Of a DNA stretch of 64,000 nucleotides, positions 46,878 to 57,900 are shown piece after piece. The position numbers and the translations under genes were made by a program. The notes below the pieces were generated by a model. It did not search any database and had not been told where the DNA came from. It worked only from the letters and a program-made list of their open reading frames with translations. Source of the DNA: Alphaproteobacteria bacterium (GTDB lineage: Bacteria; Pseudomonadota; Alphaproteobacteria; SP197); the NCBI GenBank assembly GCA_964291265.2, contig OZ219747.1, positions 2,656,001-2,720,000 on the forward strand. Direction: 5' to 3'. The first letter of the stretch is position 1, and each line of letters begins with the position of its first letter.

Positions 46878-48170
46878 GTGAACATTGACGTGCCGAAGGC
46901 CTATGTGCCGCAGACGCCGGAGAGCCTGCCCGGACTGCTCGGCAGGGTCGCGGTGATCCGTGACCTCCTGGGAGGCAGGCCCGACGCGTGGGACGTCGAG
47001 GAAGTCGGTGACGGCAATCTCAATCTGGTCTTCAAGGTGCGCGGTCCCGAAGGCGGCATTGCCGTCAAGCAGGCGCTTCCCTATGTCCGCCTGATTGGCG
47101 AGAGCTGGCCACTGCCCCTGACGCGGGCGCATTTCGAGCATCTCGCCCTGGTTCGCCAGGCCCGTCACGCTCCGGGGCTCACGCCGGAGGTCATCCACTA
47201 CGACGCCGACATGGCGCTCATCGCCATGGAACTCCTGGAGCCTCACATCATCATGCGCCACGGCATGATCGACGGCATCGTCTATCCGTCGTTCGCCGGA
47301 GCCCTGTCGACGTTTGCCGCCTCGACCCTCTTCCACACGTCGGACCTTGCGATGGCGGCAATCGACAAGAAGGCCCTTGTGGCCGACTTTGCCGGCAACT
47401 CGGCGCTGTGCGCCATCACCGAGAATCTGATCTTCACCGAACCCTACATGGTTGCCGACAACAACCGGTGGACCTCACCGCACCTCGACGGACTGGCGGC
47501 GTCCATTCGCGCTGACGGCGACCTCAAGATGGCCGTGTCGCGGCTCAAGGTGAAGTTCATGTCCTCGGCCGAGGCCATGATTCACGGTGACCTCCATACG
47601 GGCTCCATCATGGTGACGCAGACCGACACGCGGATCATCGATCCGGAGTTCGCCTTCGTCGGTCCGATGGGCTTCGACACCGGAGCCGTGATCGCCAACC
47701 TGCTGTTGAACTACTTCTCACAGATCGGTCACGAGTCGACCCCCGGTGCCCGGGATTCCTACCGGGACTGGGTGCTTGGCAGCATCGAGGAGTTCTGGAA
47801 CGGCTTCCGCACCGGGTTCCTGGCCCTGTGGAGAAACGAGGGAAAGGGCGATGCCTACCCGACGGTTCTCTTCGAGGACCCGGTTGCCCGGATACGCCTG
47901 GCCAGCGAACAGGAACGCTACATGGCGGGCCTGTTCAGGGACACGCTGGGGTTTGCGGCCGCCAAGATGATCCGCCGCATCCTCGGTCTGGCCCACAACA
48001 TCGACCTCGAGAACATCGCGGACGCCAACGTGCGCGCCACCGCCGAGGCAAGGGCCCTCATGATGGCGCGCTCCCTCATGACCGGCTCGGGAGACTATGG
48101 GTCGATCGAGGCCGTCACTGCCGCTGCCCGTCAATGGAACGCCATCGACCCCTTCGGCGCGACGGAATGA
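46878..48170 (+). CDS. mtnK: S-methyl-5-thioribose kinase
   Basis: EVGDGNLNLVF, KQALPYVR..GESWPL, HGDLHTGS, IDPEFAF.GPMGFD. Confidence 0.93.
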   Translation: MNIDVPKAYVPQTPESLPGLLGRVAVIRDLLGGRPDAWDVEEVGDGNLNLVFKVRGPEGGIAVKQALPYVRLIGESWPLPLTRAHFEHLALVRQARHAPGLTPEVIHYDADMALIAMELLEPHIIMRHGMIDGIVYPSFAGALSTFAASTLFHTSDLAMAAIDKKALVADFAGNSALCAITENLIFTEPYMVADNNRWTSPHLDGLAASIRADGDLKMAVSRLKVKFMSSAEAMIHGDLHTGSIMVTQTDTRIIDPEFAFVGPMGFDTGAVIANLLLNYFSQIGHESTPGARDSYRDWVLGSIEEFWNGFRTGFLALWRNEGKGDAYPTVLFEDPVARIRLASEQERYMAGLFRDTLGFAAAKMIRRILGLAHNIDLENIADANVRATAEARALMMARSLMTGSGDYGSIEAVTAAARQWNAIDPFGATE

Positions 48171-48193
48171 AGCACAGGGGGGGTGGGAAGCGG

Positions 48194-49111
48194 TCAGTCT
48201 CCGTCCAGGTGGCGCCGGAGGAAGGCCGCGATGTCACGCAGGGAACGGTCGGCCTCCGGCAGTTCGTCGTAGAATTCGAAGACATGCCACAGGTCGTCCC
48301 AGACGCGGAGTGTGACGTCCGCGCCGGCGCTCTCGAGGACAGTGGCAAGGGTCCTGTTCTGGTCAAGAAAGAGATCGCGTGTTCCCGTGGTGATCATGAC
48401 CGGGGGAAGGGGCTCGTTCCACGTGCCCCGCAGGGGAGAAAGCCCGGGATGGGTCAACTCGCGTCCTCCTGAATAGAGCTGCGCCGCCTGGCGAACCAGT
48501 TCGAGGGTCAGCGTCGGATCACGGCCGTCATTGCTGCGGTGACTGTCACCTTCGTGCGTCAGGTCACTCCACGGTGACAGCAGGGCCACGGCGACCGGCA
48601 TGGAGGCGCCGGCCTCCATGGAACGTCTCAGCAGGCAGAGTGCCGCATTGCCTCCCGCTGACTCGCCGGCGAGGGCGAGCGGACCGCACGACGGGTCGTC
48701 CGAGACAGCAGCGTGAACCGCCATGCAATCGTCGATGGGGCCCGGATAGGGATGTTCCGGCGCCACGCGGTACCAGGGAGCCACCACCCGCACCCCGGCA
48801 CGTGCGGCGAGAGCGGCACTGACGATGAGGTCCTCGCGCGGGCTGCCCATGATGTATCCTCCACCGTAGCAGTAGAGGACCGTTCCGGGCCTGCGGTCGG
48901 TGCGGGGAATGATCTCGAGACAGGCGGTTCCACCCAGCATGATCTCCCGCACCTCGACGGGGTGGCGGTCAAGGGCACGCTTTATCCTGGGAGCAAACTC
49001 GGCAGCGACCTTCGCCCTGGTCGCTGCCAGGTTGTCCCGCGTCACGTTGCGGGGAGGCTCATCAAGGCTGGCGGCGATGAACGCCCGCGCCTCGTCGCTG
49101 CACGATGTCAT
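48194..49111 (-). CDS. Alpha/beta hydrolase (HSL-family esterase)
   Basis: YGGGY, GESAGG, SPWSD, LWHVF. Confidence 0.9.
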   Translation of the reverse strand: MTSCSDEARAFIAASLDEPPRNVTRDNLAATRAKVAAEFAPRIKRALDRHPVEVREIMLGGTACLEIIPRTDRRPGTVLYCYGGGYIMGSPREDLIVSAALAARAGVRVVAPWYRVAPEHPYPGPIDDCMAVHAAVSDDPSCGPLALAGESAGGNAALCLLRRSMEAGASMPVAVALLSPWSDLTHEGDSHRSNDGRDPTLTLELVRQAAQLYSGGRELTHPGLSPLRGTWNEPLPPVMITTGTRDLFLDQNRTLATVLESAGADVTLRVWDDLWHVFEFYDELPEADRSLRDIAAFLRRHLDGD

Positions 49112-49129
49112 CGCGGCGCCATCTGGTGG

Positions 49130-50764
49130 TCAGCTTCGGCAAATGTCGGCATGCGAAGGCTCCAGCGGATCGTGGCCACGTATCGTGTCGGCAAGCTTCT
49201 CGGCCACCATGAGCACCGGGGCATTGAGGTTCGCCGTCACGTTGTGCGGCATGATCGAGGCGTCGACAACGCGCAGCGCGTCGGTGTCGTGCACCCGTCC
49301 CTGGTGGTCCGTCACCGAGTTGTCCCCGGTTCCCATGCGGCATGTCGAGCAGGGGTGGTACTCGGAAGAGCACGCTGCCGCCAGCCAGGCCCTTGTCTCC
49401 GCGTCGCTCCGGACATCTTCGCCGGGCATGAGTTCACCGGCACTCCACGGTTCGAATGCCGGTTGGCGCGCCATCTCGCGGGTTCGTTCCAGGGCCTTCA
49501 CCATCACGTCCGCATCGTGGTCATGCTGGAGATAGTTGAAGACGATGGCCGGCGCCTGGCGCGGGTCGGCAGACCTCAGCCACACCCGGCCGCGGCTCTT
49601 CGGGCGCATGAGTCCCAGGGAGAACATGAAGCCCGGCGCCGCGTTCGCGTCCTCTTCATCGGCAAGACCGCTCATGGCATAGAACTCGTGCTGCATGTCG
49701 CAGTAGAGAGCATCGGCAGAACTGGAGAAGAAGGCTCCGGTTTCACACAGCGTCGACGCTGCGGCGCCGCGCCTCGCCAGCAGCCACGCCAGACCGGTTC
49801 CGGCGCGCCGCCAGCCCCTGAGCCGGTGCGACACCGACAGCGGCCGTCTTTCGCCGTGGACGATCTGGACGATCGGGTGATCCTCGAGACCGTGTCCGAC
49901 GAAGGGTACCTCCGCCACGAGCGGGATAGCGTGTTCGGCGAGGTGAGCCGGATCGCCGATGCCCGAGAGCAGAAGGAGCTGGGGCGAGTTGATGGCGCCG
50001 CCGGCGACGATGACCTCCTGCAGGGCTTCCTGACGGCGTGCCTCCCCCCTGTTCGCGACCACGACGCCGACTGCCCTCCTGCCGTCGAAGACGATGCGAT
50101 GGACCAGGGCCTGGTCCATCAGGGTGAGATTGGGCCGGCTGAGGGCCGGTTTCAGGTAGCCGGACGCCGCACTCCAGCGCCGTCCCCGATGCGTGAAGCT
50201 CTGGGCGACATGAAACCCCTCGTGGTGCGCACCGTTCTGATCGTCCGTGACGCGGTATCCGGCCTGCCGGCCGGCTTCCAGAAAGGCCCGGTCATAGGCA
50301 TGCTCCGCCGCGCACGTCTCGATGAACTGCGGGCCCCGGTCGCCTCGCCAGGCATCTGCGCCGCGATCGAAGGTCTCGCTCTTGCGAAAGTAGGGCAGAC
50401 AACGGGCGAAGGACCAGTCGTCCAGGCCTTCGCTCGCCCACTGGTCATAGTCCCGGGGATTGCCGCGGTTGGCGACCATGCCGTTGATCGACGACGACCC
50501 GCCCAGGACTCGTCCGCGGCGGGCCCGGATCCTGCGGCCATGCAGAAAGGGCTCCGGTTCGCTCACGTACCCCCAGCCAAACCGCGGATCCCGGGCGGCC
50601 ATTGCCGCAGCCGCCGGCATGGAGATGGCAAGCCCCCGGTCGTGGCCTCCCGCCTCGATCAGCAGCACCCGCACACCCGGATCCTCGCTCAGGCGGTTCG
50701 CCAGCACGCACCCGGCGGTCCCCGCACCGATGATGATGATGTCGTGAGGCGCCGAACGTTCCAT
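49130..50764 (-). CDS. GMC-family oxidoreductase (choline dehydrogenase-like)
   Basis: GAGTAGCVLANRLSED, LGGSSSING, GAINSPQLL.LSGIG, YHPCSTCRMG, NLNAP. Confidence 0.92.
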   Translation of the reverse strand: MERSAPHDIIIIGAGTAGCVLANRLSEDPGVRVLLIEAGGHDRGLAISMPAAAAMAARDPRFGWGYVSEPEPFLHGRRIRARRGRVLGGSSSINGMVANRGNPRDYDQWASEGLDDWSFARCLPYFRKSETFDRGADAWRGDRGPQFIETCAAEHAYDRAFLEAGRQAGYRVTDDQNGAHHEGFHVAQSFTHRGRRWSAASGYLKPALSRPNLTLMDQALVHRIVFDGRRAVGVVVANRGEARRQEALQEVIVAGGAINSPQLLLLSGIGDPAHLAEHAIPLVAEVPFVGHGLEDHPIVQIVHGERRPLSVSHRLRGWRRAGTGLAWLLARRGAAASTLCETGAFFSSSADALYCDMQHEFYAMSGLADEEDANAAPGFMFSLGLMRPKSRGRVWLRSADPRQAPAIVFNYLQHDHDADVMVKALERTREMARQPAFEPWSAGELMPGEDVRSDAETRAWLAAACSSEYHPCSTCRMGTGDNSVTDHQGRVHDTDALRVVDASIMPHNVTANLNAPVLMVAEKLADTIRGHDPLEPSHADICRS

Positions 50765-51267
50765 GGTGCGAGTGTTCCCTGACCGCACCACGAACGCAAA
50801 GGAAGAACGCGCATGACCCCGCCATCACGCCCCGACATGCGTTCGATATCGGCAGTCTTCGACACCATTCCCGGGGCCATGACCCGCGTGCAGTTCCTCG
50901 GCGAACGTGATGATCTTGACAACACCCTGACCTGATGATGTCAAAGCGTGGAATCGCTTGACCATGAAGAAGACCGGGGCTGTCGCCATGGCTTGCCGCG
51001 TTTAGCGCAGGCCGGGACCCGTCCCGACCCGGCCATGACAACGAAGGAAAGAACCAGATCCATCACGATCCGATCGAGACAGGCCCGGCGGCGGCAGTCT
51101 TGCCTTCACGAATAACAGTGGGTGCGTGAAAGGTGGCATGGCACTGGATTGCACGGCCCCGATGAGCGACAATCAACCGTCAGGTGAGCGTGTCTTGCAT
51201 CGTGCCCGGCAGCGAAGGAAGCAAGTCTGGCGCAACAGCCAGCAGAACGCTCCCGAGGAGTGATACG

Positions 51268-52011
51268 ATGAAGGATGCGGACGAGTATCGGTTTGTCATC
51301 GACGCCTGCGACCCCGATACCCTGCCGATGTCGGATCTGGCCGAATACATGGCTGATCTGGCACGACTGCTCGGCAGTGAGGAGCAGGTGCATTTTGTGC
51401 GTCTTGAAGCTGGCAGCACCGTGCTCGTGCAGCAGGTCGAACGGCAAGCTGCTCCCGAAGTGAAACGCCGAATACATGAACTTGCCGCGCCCACTGCCCC
51501 GGAGGATGCGATCAGGGCATTTGCGGCACTCAACCGACGCCTGGCCAAGGACGGTGCAACCGGCAGCTTGCTGGAAGGTGTTGACACCGAAATCATCCGT
51601 TTTCCTGGTCGAGAGCACTCGCCAGGATTGACGTTCGGTGCCTTCAATCAGCTGGGTGTTCTCGACGGCGTGCTCATCCGCATCGGCGGACGGGACGACA
51701 CCGTGCCGGTGCATCTGCATGACGGCGAGACAATTCACGTATGCAACGCCACCCGTGACATGGCCAGGGATCTTGCGGCTTACCTTTACGGCCCGGTTCT
51801 GCGGGTGCACGGCGAAGGACGCTGGGAACGTACAGTGGATGGCATCTGGTTGATGAAGCGCTTCAGTATCTCGAAGTTCGGGGAACTCGATGATGCACCC
51901 TTGAGCGAAATCGTGGAGAGGTTGCGCGGTGTTGAAGGCAGCGGTTGGCAGGATATCGATGATCCGCTGGCGGAAGTCCGAAGATTGCGCGGTCTTGACG
52001 AGGTACACTGA
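51268..52011 (+). CDS. Hypothetical protein, partner of the PIN-domain gene
   Basis: AGGAG RBS; stop overlaps next start (TGATG). Confidence 0.75.
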   Translation: MKDADEYRFVIDACDPDTLPMSDLAEYMADLARLLGSEEQVHFVRLEAGSTVLVQQVERQAAPEVKRRIHELAAPTAPEDAIRAFAALNRRLAKDGATGSLLEGVDTEIIRFPGREHSPGLTFGAFNQLGVLDGVLIRIGGRDDTVPVHLHDGETIHVCNATRDMARDLAAYLYGPVLRVHGEGRWERTVDGIWLMKRFSISKFGELDDAPLSEIVERLRGVEGSGWQDIDDPLAEVRRLRGLDEVH

Positions 52012-52481
52012 TGGCAATCTTCGATGCCACGACACTCCTGTACCTCCTCGAACCAGATGCAAGAGCGCCTCTTGATCCCGACACGAACAGCTCAGTGCCG
52101 GGTGCCCGACAACGCATCGAATTCCTGATCAAGACACTTGAAGCTCGACGCGAAACCGTCGTGATTCCGACTCCGGTTCTCAGCGAGGTACTGGTCCACG
52201 CTGGTGCCGCAGGACCCCGTTACCTCGACATACTGGACAGCACCCGTTGTGTCCGTATCGAGCCATTCGAGCGCCGGGCGGCCATCGAGCTTGCGGAGAT
52301 GACCCGCGATGCCATCAAAGACGGCGACCTGCGTGCCGGCACCGCAGCGACGCGGGCAAAGCTCAAGTTCGATCGACAGATCATCGCCATTGCGCGGACC
52401 GTGGGAGAGTCCACCATCTACTCCGATGACACGGATATCGCGAAGCTTGGCGGAATGCTCGGGCTCAGTATCGTACCCTAG
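52011..52481 (+). CDS. PIN-domain protein
   Basis: IFDATTL, PTPVLSE, FDRQIIAIA, YSDD acidic PIN pattern. Confidence 0.8.
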   Translation: MAIFDATTLLYLLEPDARAPLDPDTNSSVPGARQRIEFLIKTLEARRETVVIPTPVLSEVLVHAGAAGPRYLDILDSTRCVRIEPFERRAAIELAEMTRDAIKDGDLRAGTAATRAKLKFDRQIIAIARTVGESTIYSDDTDIAKLGGMLGLSIVP

Positions 52482-52652
52482 TTGCTTGGTGCGGACCATG
52501 AGTCGGCGGAGAAATGAACGTTGGATACCACTGGGCCGATCCCGCATCGCTCGCTCGGGCACGACTTCCACCGATGTGCTTCCCGCATTTGACGGACCGG
52601 TGTAGGTTTATCGGAGCCGACCGAGGGTGGCGACACGGTGCTGGAGTGATCG

Positions 52653-54968
52653 ATGCGAATGACGAATGTAGTGGCCGCCCTGCGGTCGTGGGTGGAACGT
52701 CTCTGGCTCTTCGCGAGCACGACCTTATCGCGTGTCGGCGAAGTCAGCCCGATCAGTTCGCCTCCGGTGTCCGAACCCGTGAACGGGACTGTGGACGCTG
52801 AAATGTTGGACCAGAGCGGGCCGCAGGCGGAAGATTCTCTCACTCAAGCCTCGGGCCAACTTGAGGGACTCAACGGCAATTATACTGAGAACGGGCTGCA
52901 CGACGACAAACAACCACCCATCGACTCGAACACCACTTCCGTCGAATCGAATCTCGATGCCGAAGATCAGCTGTCCCCGGTTTCCACTGAAAACGGGCCT
53001 GACAAGTCGCCCACTGTGGTTTCGCCGACGGGTGACGACAGCGAACAGACTCAGCTTGAGACCATCGACAAACCGGGAGATGGAGGGGCGGACGGCATTT
53101 CAGAGAGCGGCGCGAGTGAAGCAAATTCACAAAAAAAAACCGGGCCACACCGCAGCGGAGGGAAGAGAGGTACGCAGTCCGGCAGGCTGCCATCGGGTCA
53201 GCAGAAATCGCCATCTAACCGCCCCGAATTGGTCTGCCGGAAAAATCCCTCGTCTGCAGGTTGGGAGGTCATCCTGATCACAGACGAGAAAGCGCAACTT
53301 GACACCGTGTTCCTTGATGGTAGGCCCCTGGACTTCTCCGATGGACGATGCCGTATTCCGTCATTGGACGGATGCCTGACCGTTTCCTATCGAGACGGAC
53401 AGGAACATGTCGTACCTCTGTTCGAGAGCGAACCTCTCATCTTCAAGCTACCAAAGTACTGGTCTGGCGAAGGGCGCAGAACCACCGGGATCACCAGCGG
53501 GTACTTCATCGTTTTCGCTCCGAGTATATGGCAACGGACGGGTCACGCGCCAGTTGAAGCCGACGGCTGTGCCGATCCGGAATTCAGGGCGCATTATTTC
53601 CACCGGGACGCTTTCGCATCAGAAGGCGTTGACGGCTTTCGCGAGTCGGAAGCTCCCTTCGCCACCGGCATCGAATTGACCGGCCGGCGCATCTTCGACG
53701 ATTCTAAGGACGGCGAGCTGTTCGTCGGTGACCCACCCGATATGAAATCCCCGCCTGAGCTTGCATGGGCCCGGGTCGGAGAGGAAACCGGGAGTGGCTG
53801 GGGGGAGAACTTCAAACCCCAAGAGCAATCGCTCTCGAAGGTCTTGGGCAGAAGGAGAGGCCGCTTCTTTCTCCGAGTGTACGATTCGGAAGTCAGCATG
53901 CTCGACAGCCTGGCGTTCCGGCATCTGCCCAACTTGCGGCAGATCTGCGTCAATGGAGCTGAATACGCACCGGACACGGTGCTCGTACCGGGCCTGAGGG
54001 GATACCCGCCCATGGATGTGAGCTTTGTCAGCGCGGATAGCTCAACGCTTTCGCCTGTTCTGCCCACCGGGGCTCGCCAAAAGGTGCTGCCCTCGGGCGC
54101 GATTGAGGTTCCACCGCACCCGGACGCGGATCGCATAGAATGCAGGTTCGGATCCGATGCGCGCGGCGTGAACATCGTCGTCGACCTTCCTCGAATCTGG
54201 TGGCGATTGGACGGTCGCACCGATCCTGGTCCATGGCGCGATACTCCGCTTGTCATGACGCGAGAGGAGTTCCGCAAACAAGCTCACTCGGACGCGACGA
54301 TTTCGCTCCTGTCCAAGCGGCAAGTATCTGTCTGCGTGGGATTCGGCGACGAGCTGAACCAGCCTTACCGCCGAACGATCGAAGATGATCGTATTGTTGT
54401 CCCCCTGGATCACTTCGTCGATCACGCGCAGATCGACAGGAGACTGAATGCCGATGCCTGCTTCAACGTTCAGTGGGCACGGGAGATTGTGTCGCTCATC
54501 GTGATTTCGGCCGATCCCATGCCCGAGATTGTTTCGTTCACTGCGGAACCGGCGACAATTTTCGTCGGCGAGGAAACAGTGTTGGAGTGGACGAGCCGGA
54601 ACGCTGGCGACGCCCGCGTCGCCATGATTCCGGACGCAGGTGTGCTCAAAGTTGACGGATCATGCACCGTCCGCCCCGCTGAAACAACCACGTATACGCT
54701 CATCTTGGATGTTCTCGGCGCCGACGAAGTCAGCAGGACCGTTACGGTCGCCGTCGTTTCACCGACTACTTCGGGCAAACAGACGGTCCCTCGCGTCATG
54801 TCTACCGCAAGCGGGTGGAGAACCGGTAAAGGCTTCAGTTTCGGTGAACTCAAGGAAGCCGGGCTGTCGCTCAAGGAAGCAGTGGACCGATCCATTCCAA
54901 TAGACAGGCGCCGGCGGACCTTGCATCGAACCAACGTTGAGACAATCGGAAGGATGCTTGATGCCTGA
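52653..54968 (+). CDS. 771-aa protein: disordered N-terminus, Ig-like domain, C-terminal eL13-like domain
   Basis: PEIVSFTAEP..TTTYTL Ig-like segment; RTGKGFSFGELKEAGL..IPIDRRRRTLH..NVETI. Confidence 0.75.
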   Translation: MRMTNVVAALRSWVERLWLFASTTLSRVGEVSPISSPPVSEPVNGTVDAEMLDQSGPQAEDSLTQASGQLEGLNGNYTENGLHDDKQPPIDSNTTSVESNLDAEDQLSPVSTENGPDKSPTVVSPTGDDSEQTQLETIDKPGDGGADGISESGASEANSQKKTGPHRSGGKRGTQSGRLPSGQQKSPSNRPELVCRKNPSSAGWEVILITDEKAQLDTVFLDGRPLDFSDGRCRIPSLDGCLTVSYRDGQEHVVPLFESEPLIFKLPKYWSGEGRRTTGITSGYFIVFAPSIWQRTGHAPVEADGCADPEFRAHYFHRDAFASEGVDGFRESEAPFATGIELTGRRIFDDSKDGELFVGDPPDMKSPPELAWARVGEETGSGWGENFKPQEQSLSKVLGRRRGRFFLRVYDSEVSMLDSLAFRHLPNLRQICVNGAEYAPDTVLVPGLRGYPPMDVSFVSADSSTLSPVLPTGARQKVLPSGAIEVPPHPDADRIECRFGSDARGVNIVVDLPRIWWRLDGRTDPGPWRDTPLVMTREEFRKQAHSDATISLLSKRQVSVCVGFGDELNQPYRRTIEDDRIVVPLDHFVDHAQIDRRLNADACFNVQWAREIVSLIVISADPMPEIVSFTAEPATIFVGEETVLEWTSRNAGDARVAMIPDAGVLKVDGSCTVRPAETTTYTLILDVLGADEVSRTVTVAVVSPTTSGKQTVPRVMSTASGWRTGKGFSFGELKEAGLSLKEAVDRSIPIDRRRRTLHRTNVETIGRMLDA

Positions 54969-57900
54969 TACCGACATAAGGGGTTGGCCGGAGAGAATTC
55001 GGCAACGCTACGAGAACTACCTGAAGACCTCTTTCTTCTTCAAGGAACCCCACTTGCGAGCGTCTTTCCAGGAAGCGTTGAGCGAAGAGGGAAGCCTCCT
55101 GCAGGGACCCTTTCCGGAACCCCATCGAGGTTTCGAGAAAAGACTTCACGCGCATGCGCTGGCAGGCGAGTGTTTCCCCGACTGTGCCGGAGGTCTCTTG
55201 CCAGCCCTGATTGATCGCCCGCTGTACGCACATCAGGAACGCGCCATCCGCGCCACGTATGTCGAGGACCTCAATGTGGTGGTCGCAACCGGCACCGCCA
55301 GCGGCAAGACCGAGAGCTTTCTCTACCCCATCCTGTTCGAACTGTATCGCCAGCATCTTGCCGGGGAGTTGGAAGAGCCGGGCGTGCGAGCGATGATCCT
55401 GTACCCCATGAATGCGCTAGCGAACGATCAGCGCGAGCGGCTCGGGGCAATCTGCGGCCGCTTGCGTGAAGCGGGATCCGATTTCGAGCCGACGTTCGGA
55501 CAATACATCGGCCAGACGCCGGAAAATGCCGGGGACCGATGGCGAAACGCGGCAGCTCGCGCCGACGACCGGTTATCCGGCGAGCTTGTCTTTCGCAACA
55601 AGATGCGGCAGTCGCCGCCTCACGTGCTGCTGACCAACTACTCCATGCTGGAGTACCTGTTGATACGTCCCGATGACAGCCCCCTGTTCGACGGCGGGAG
55701 AGGCGCACACTGGCGGTTCATCGTGTTGGACGAGGCGCATCAGTATCGTGGCGCGAGAGGCATGGAAATGGGGATGCTGATCCGCCGTCTCAAGCAACGG
55801 TTGCGCGATGGGGGACGGCAACGGCCGTTTCGATGCATCGCCACCAGTGCGACCATTACCTCCAGCCAAGGCGACGAAGATCGGCAGGCCGTAGCCGAGT
55901 TCGCATCGGAATTATTCGGCGAGTCTTTTTCGATACCATCCATCGTGTTTGGGGAGTCGCTCGGTGCCGACGATCACGGGCCTCCCAGGCGCTATCACGC
56001 GTTTCTCCGTGCGCTCGAGGGCGCCTTCCTCGTTCACCGGAATGGTGTCGATGCGGTGGTGCTCAATCGCAGGAACCAGGACGCAGGCGGCGCGGCCACG
56101 CAGCCGCTCGAGATCGCGCTGTGTCGCGAGTGTGGGCAGCATTACTACGTTGGTCGGGAGCACAAGGGGTGTCTGCGAGAAGCCATCCGTGATCCGAGCC
56201 ATCCAGAATTCGGTGTCGAGCATTATCTGCCGGCAGACGATGGAAACGAATGGCTGTGTAGACGCTGCGGCGCCTTGTCAGGCTCCACACCTGGCTGCGG
56301 CTGTGGCGCAGCAGTACGCGTAAGGAAGTGCGACTCCCACGAACACAATCCCGATCAACTGAAGAAGTGCGCCGTCTGCGGCTACCGGCGCGGAGGAGTT
56401 GGCGATCCCGTCCAGGAAATCGTGCATGGATCGGATGGTCCCAACACGGTTATCGCTACTGCGCTGCACGAACTGCTCCAGCAAGATCGGCGCAAGGTTC
56501 TCGCGTTTGCAGATAACCGTCAGGAGGCGGCGTTTTTCGCATGGTATGCCGAGGATTCTTACAAGAAGCTGCGTGACAGGAATTTCATCCTGAGAGCGAT
56601 CCTGTCGGAATCGGTTGCCGAAGAGGGCCTTTCGATCGATGACCTTCGGAGCCGTTTGCTCCGGGAATGGGACGATGCAGGACTCTTCCGCGAAGCCGAT
56701 ACCCGGGAGCAGCGAACCCGTCAGGTGCTGACGTCCATCCTGCGCGAGGCGGTTACGGACGAGAAGAGATTGTCCTTGGCTGGCGTCGGCCTGGTCAAGT
56801 GGTTTGTCGCTCTCCCCCGGGACCTCCGCTTGCCCGACGCCATGCTGCGGGCGCCCTGGAACCTCAGTGAAAACGACGCGCGTCTCCTGATCGGCCACGT
56901 TCTGGATGAGATGCGCCCGCGCCGTGCCATCAGCTTGCCCGAGGGCGCAGGGACGCCCGAATGGAGCGCTGTCTCGCCTTGGCCGCAACAGGCATTCGGC
57001 ACAGCACCACGCGGCAGGCGGCGCCATGTTCTGCAATGGGGCGGCTCGCAATCGGCGATCGTTAGTCATTTCCTTCGCCGGCTCCTGGCAGACAGTGATC
57101 TGACCGATGACAGGAAGCGAACCGTGTCGATTGAACTGATGAAGGAGATTTGGCTCGCCCTGCGGGACAATGCTCGTGACCCCTTACTCCGGTGTGCAAG
57201 CAAAAACGGCACATTCCAGCTTGACTCGCGCTGGCTTCGGATCAAACCGGCCAACCTCGACGAAATTTGGGAGTGCGACATTTGCGCAACGCTCGGAAAC
57301 TATAACATTCGAGGTGTATGCCCGCGTAACCACTGTCCTGGTACGCTCTCCCCGGCTCGTCAAGAACGTCTGGTCGGCAACCACTATCGTATCCTCTATG
57401 AGAGTCCCGCATTGCCCCCCGAACTGCGCGCCGAAGAACACACCGCCCAGATCGATGCCGACGAGGCGCGCCGGAGGCAGGACGAGTTCAAGAATGGCGA
57501 CATTCACCTGCTCAGCTCCTCGACCACGTTTGAGGTTGGCGTCGATCTTGGCGATCTGGAGGCCGTCTTTCTCCGCAATGTTCCCCCGGAATCGTTCAAC
57601 TACGCTCAGCGCGCCGGTCGGGCCGGTCGGCGGGACACACCTGGCCTGGTGCTGACCTACTGCCGCCGCAATCCCCACGACCTCTATCATTACGAGAAAC
57701 CCGTCGGTCGCGTGATCGAAGGTACAATACACCCGCCGCGTCTGCACATGACGAACGAGAAGATCGTTCTGCGCCATATGGTTGCCGTTGCCCTGTCAGA
57801 GTTCTTCAAGCAGGATCCAGACAGGTTCCGGAACGTCGAAACGTTTTTGGGTGGCTGGCATGTGCCTCGTGCAACGAAAGACCTGTTCGGCTTCTGCGAA

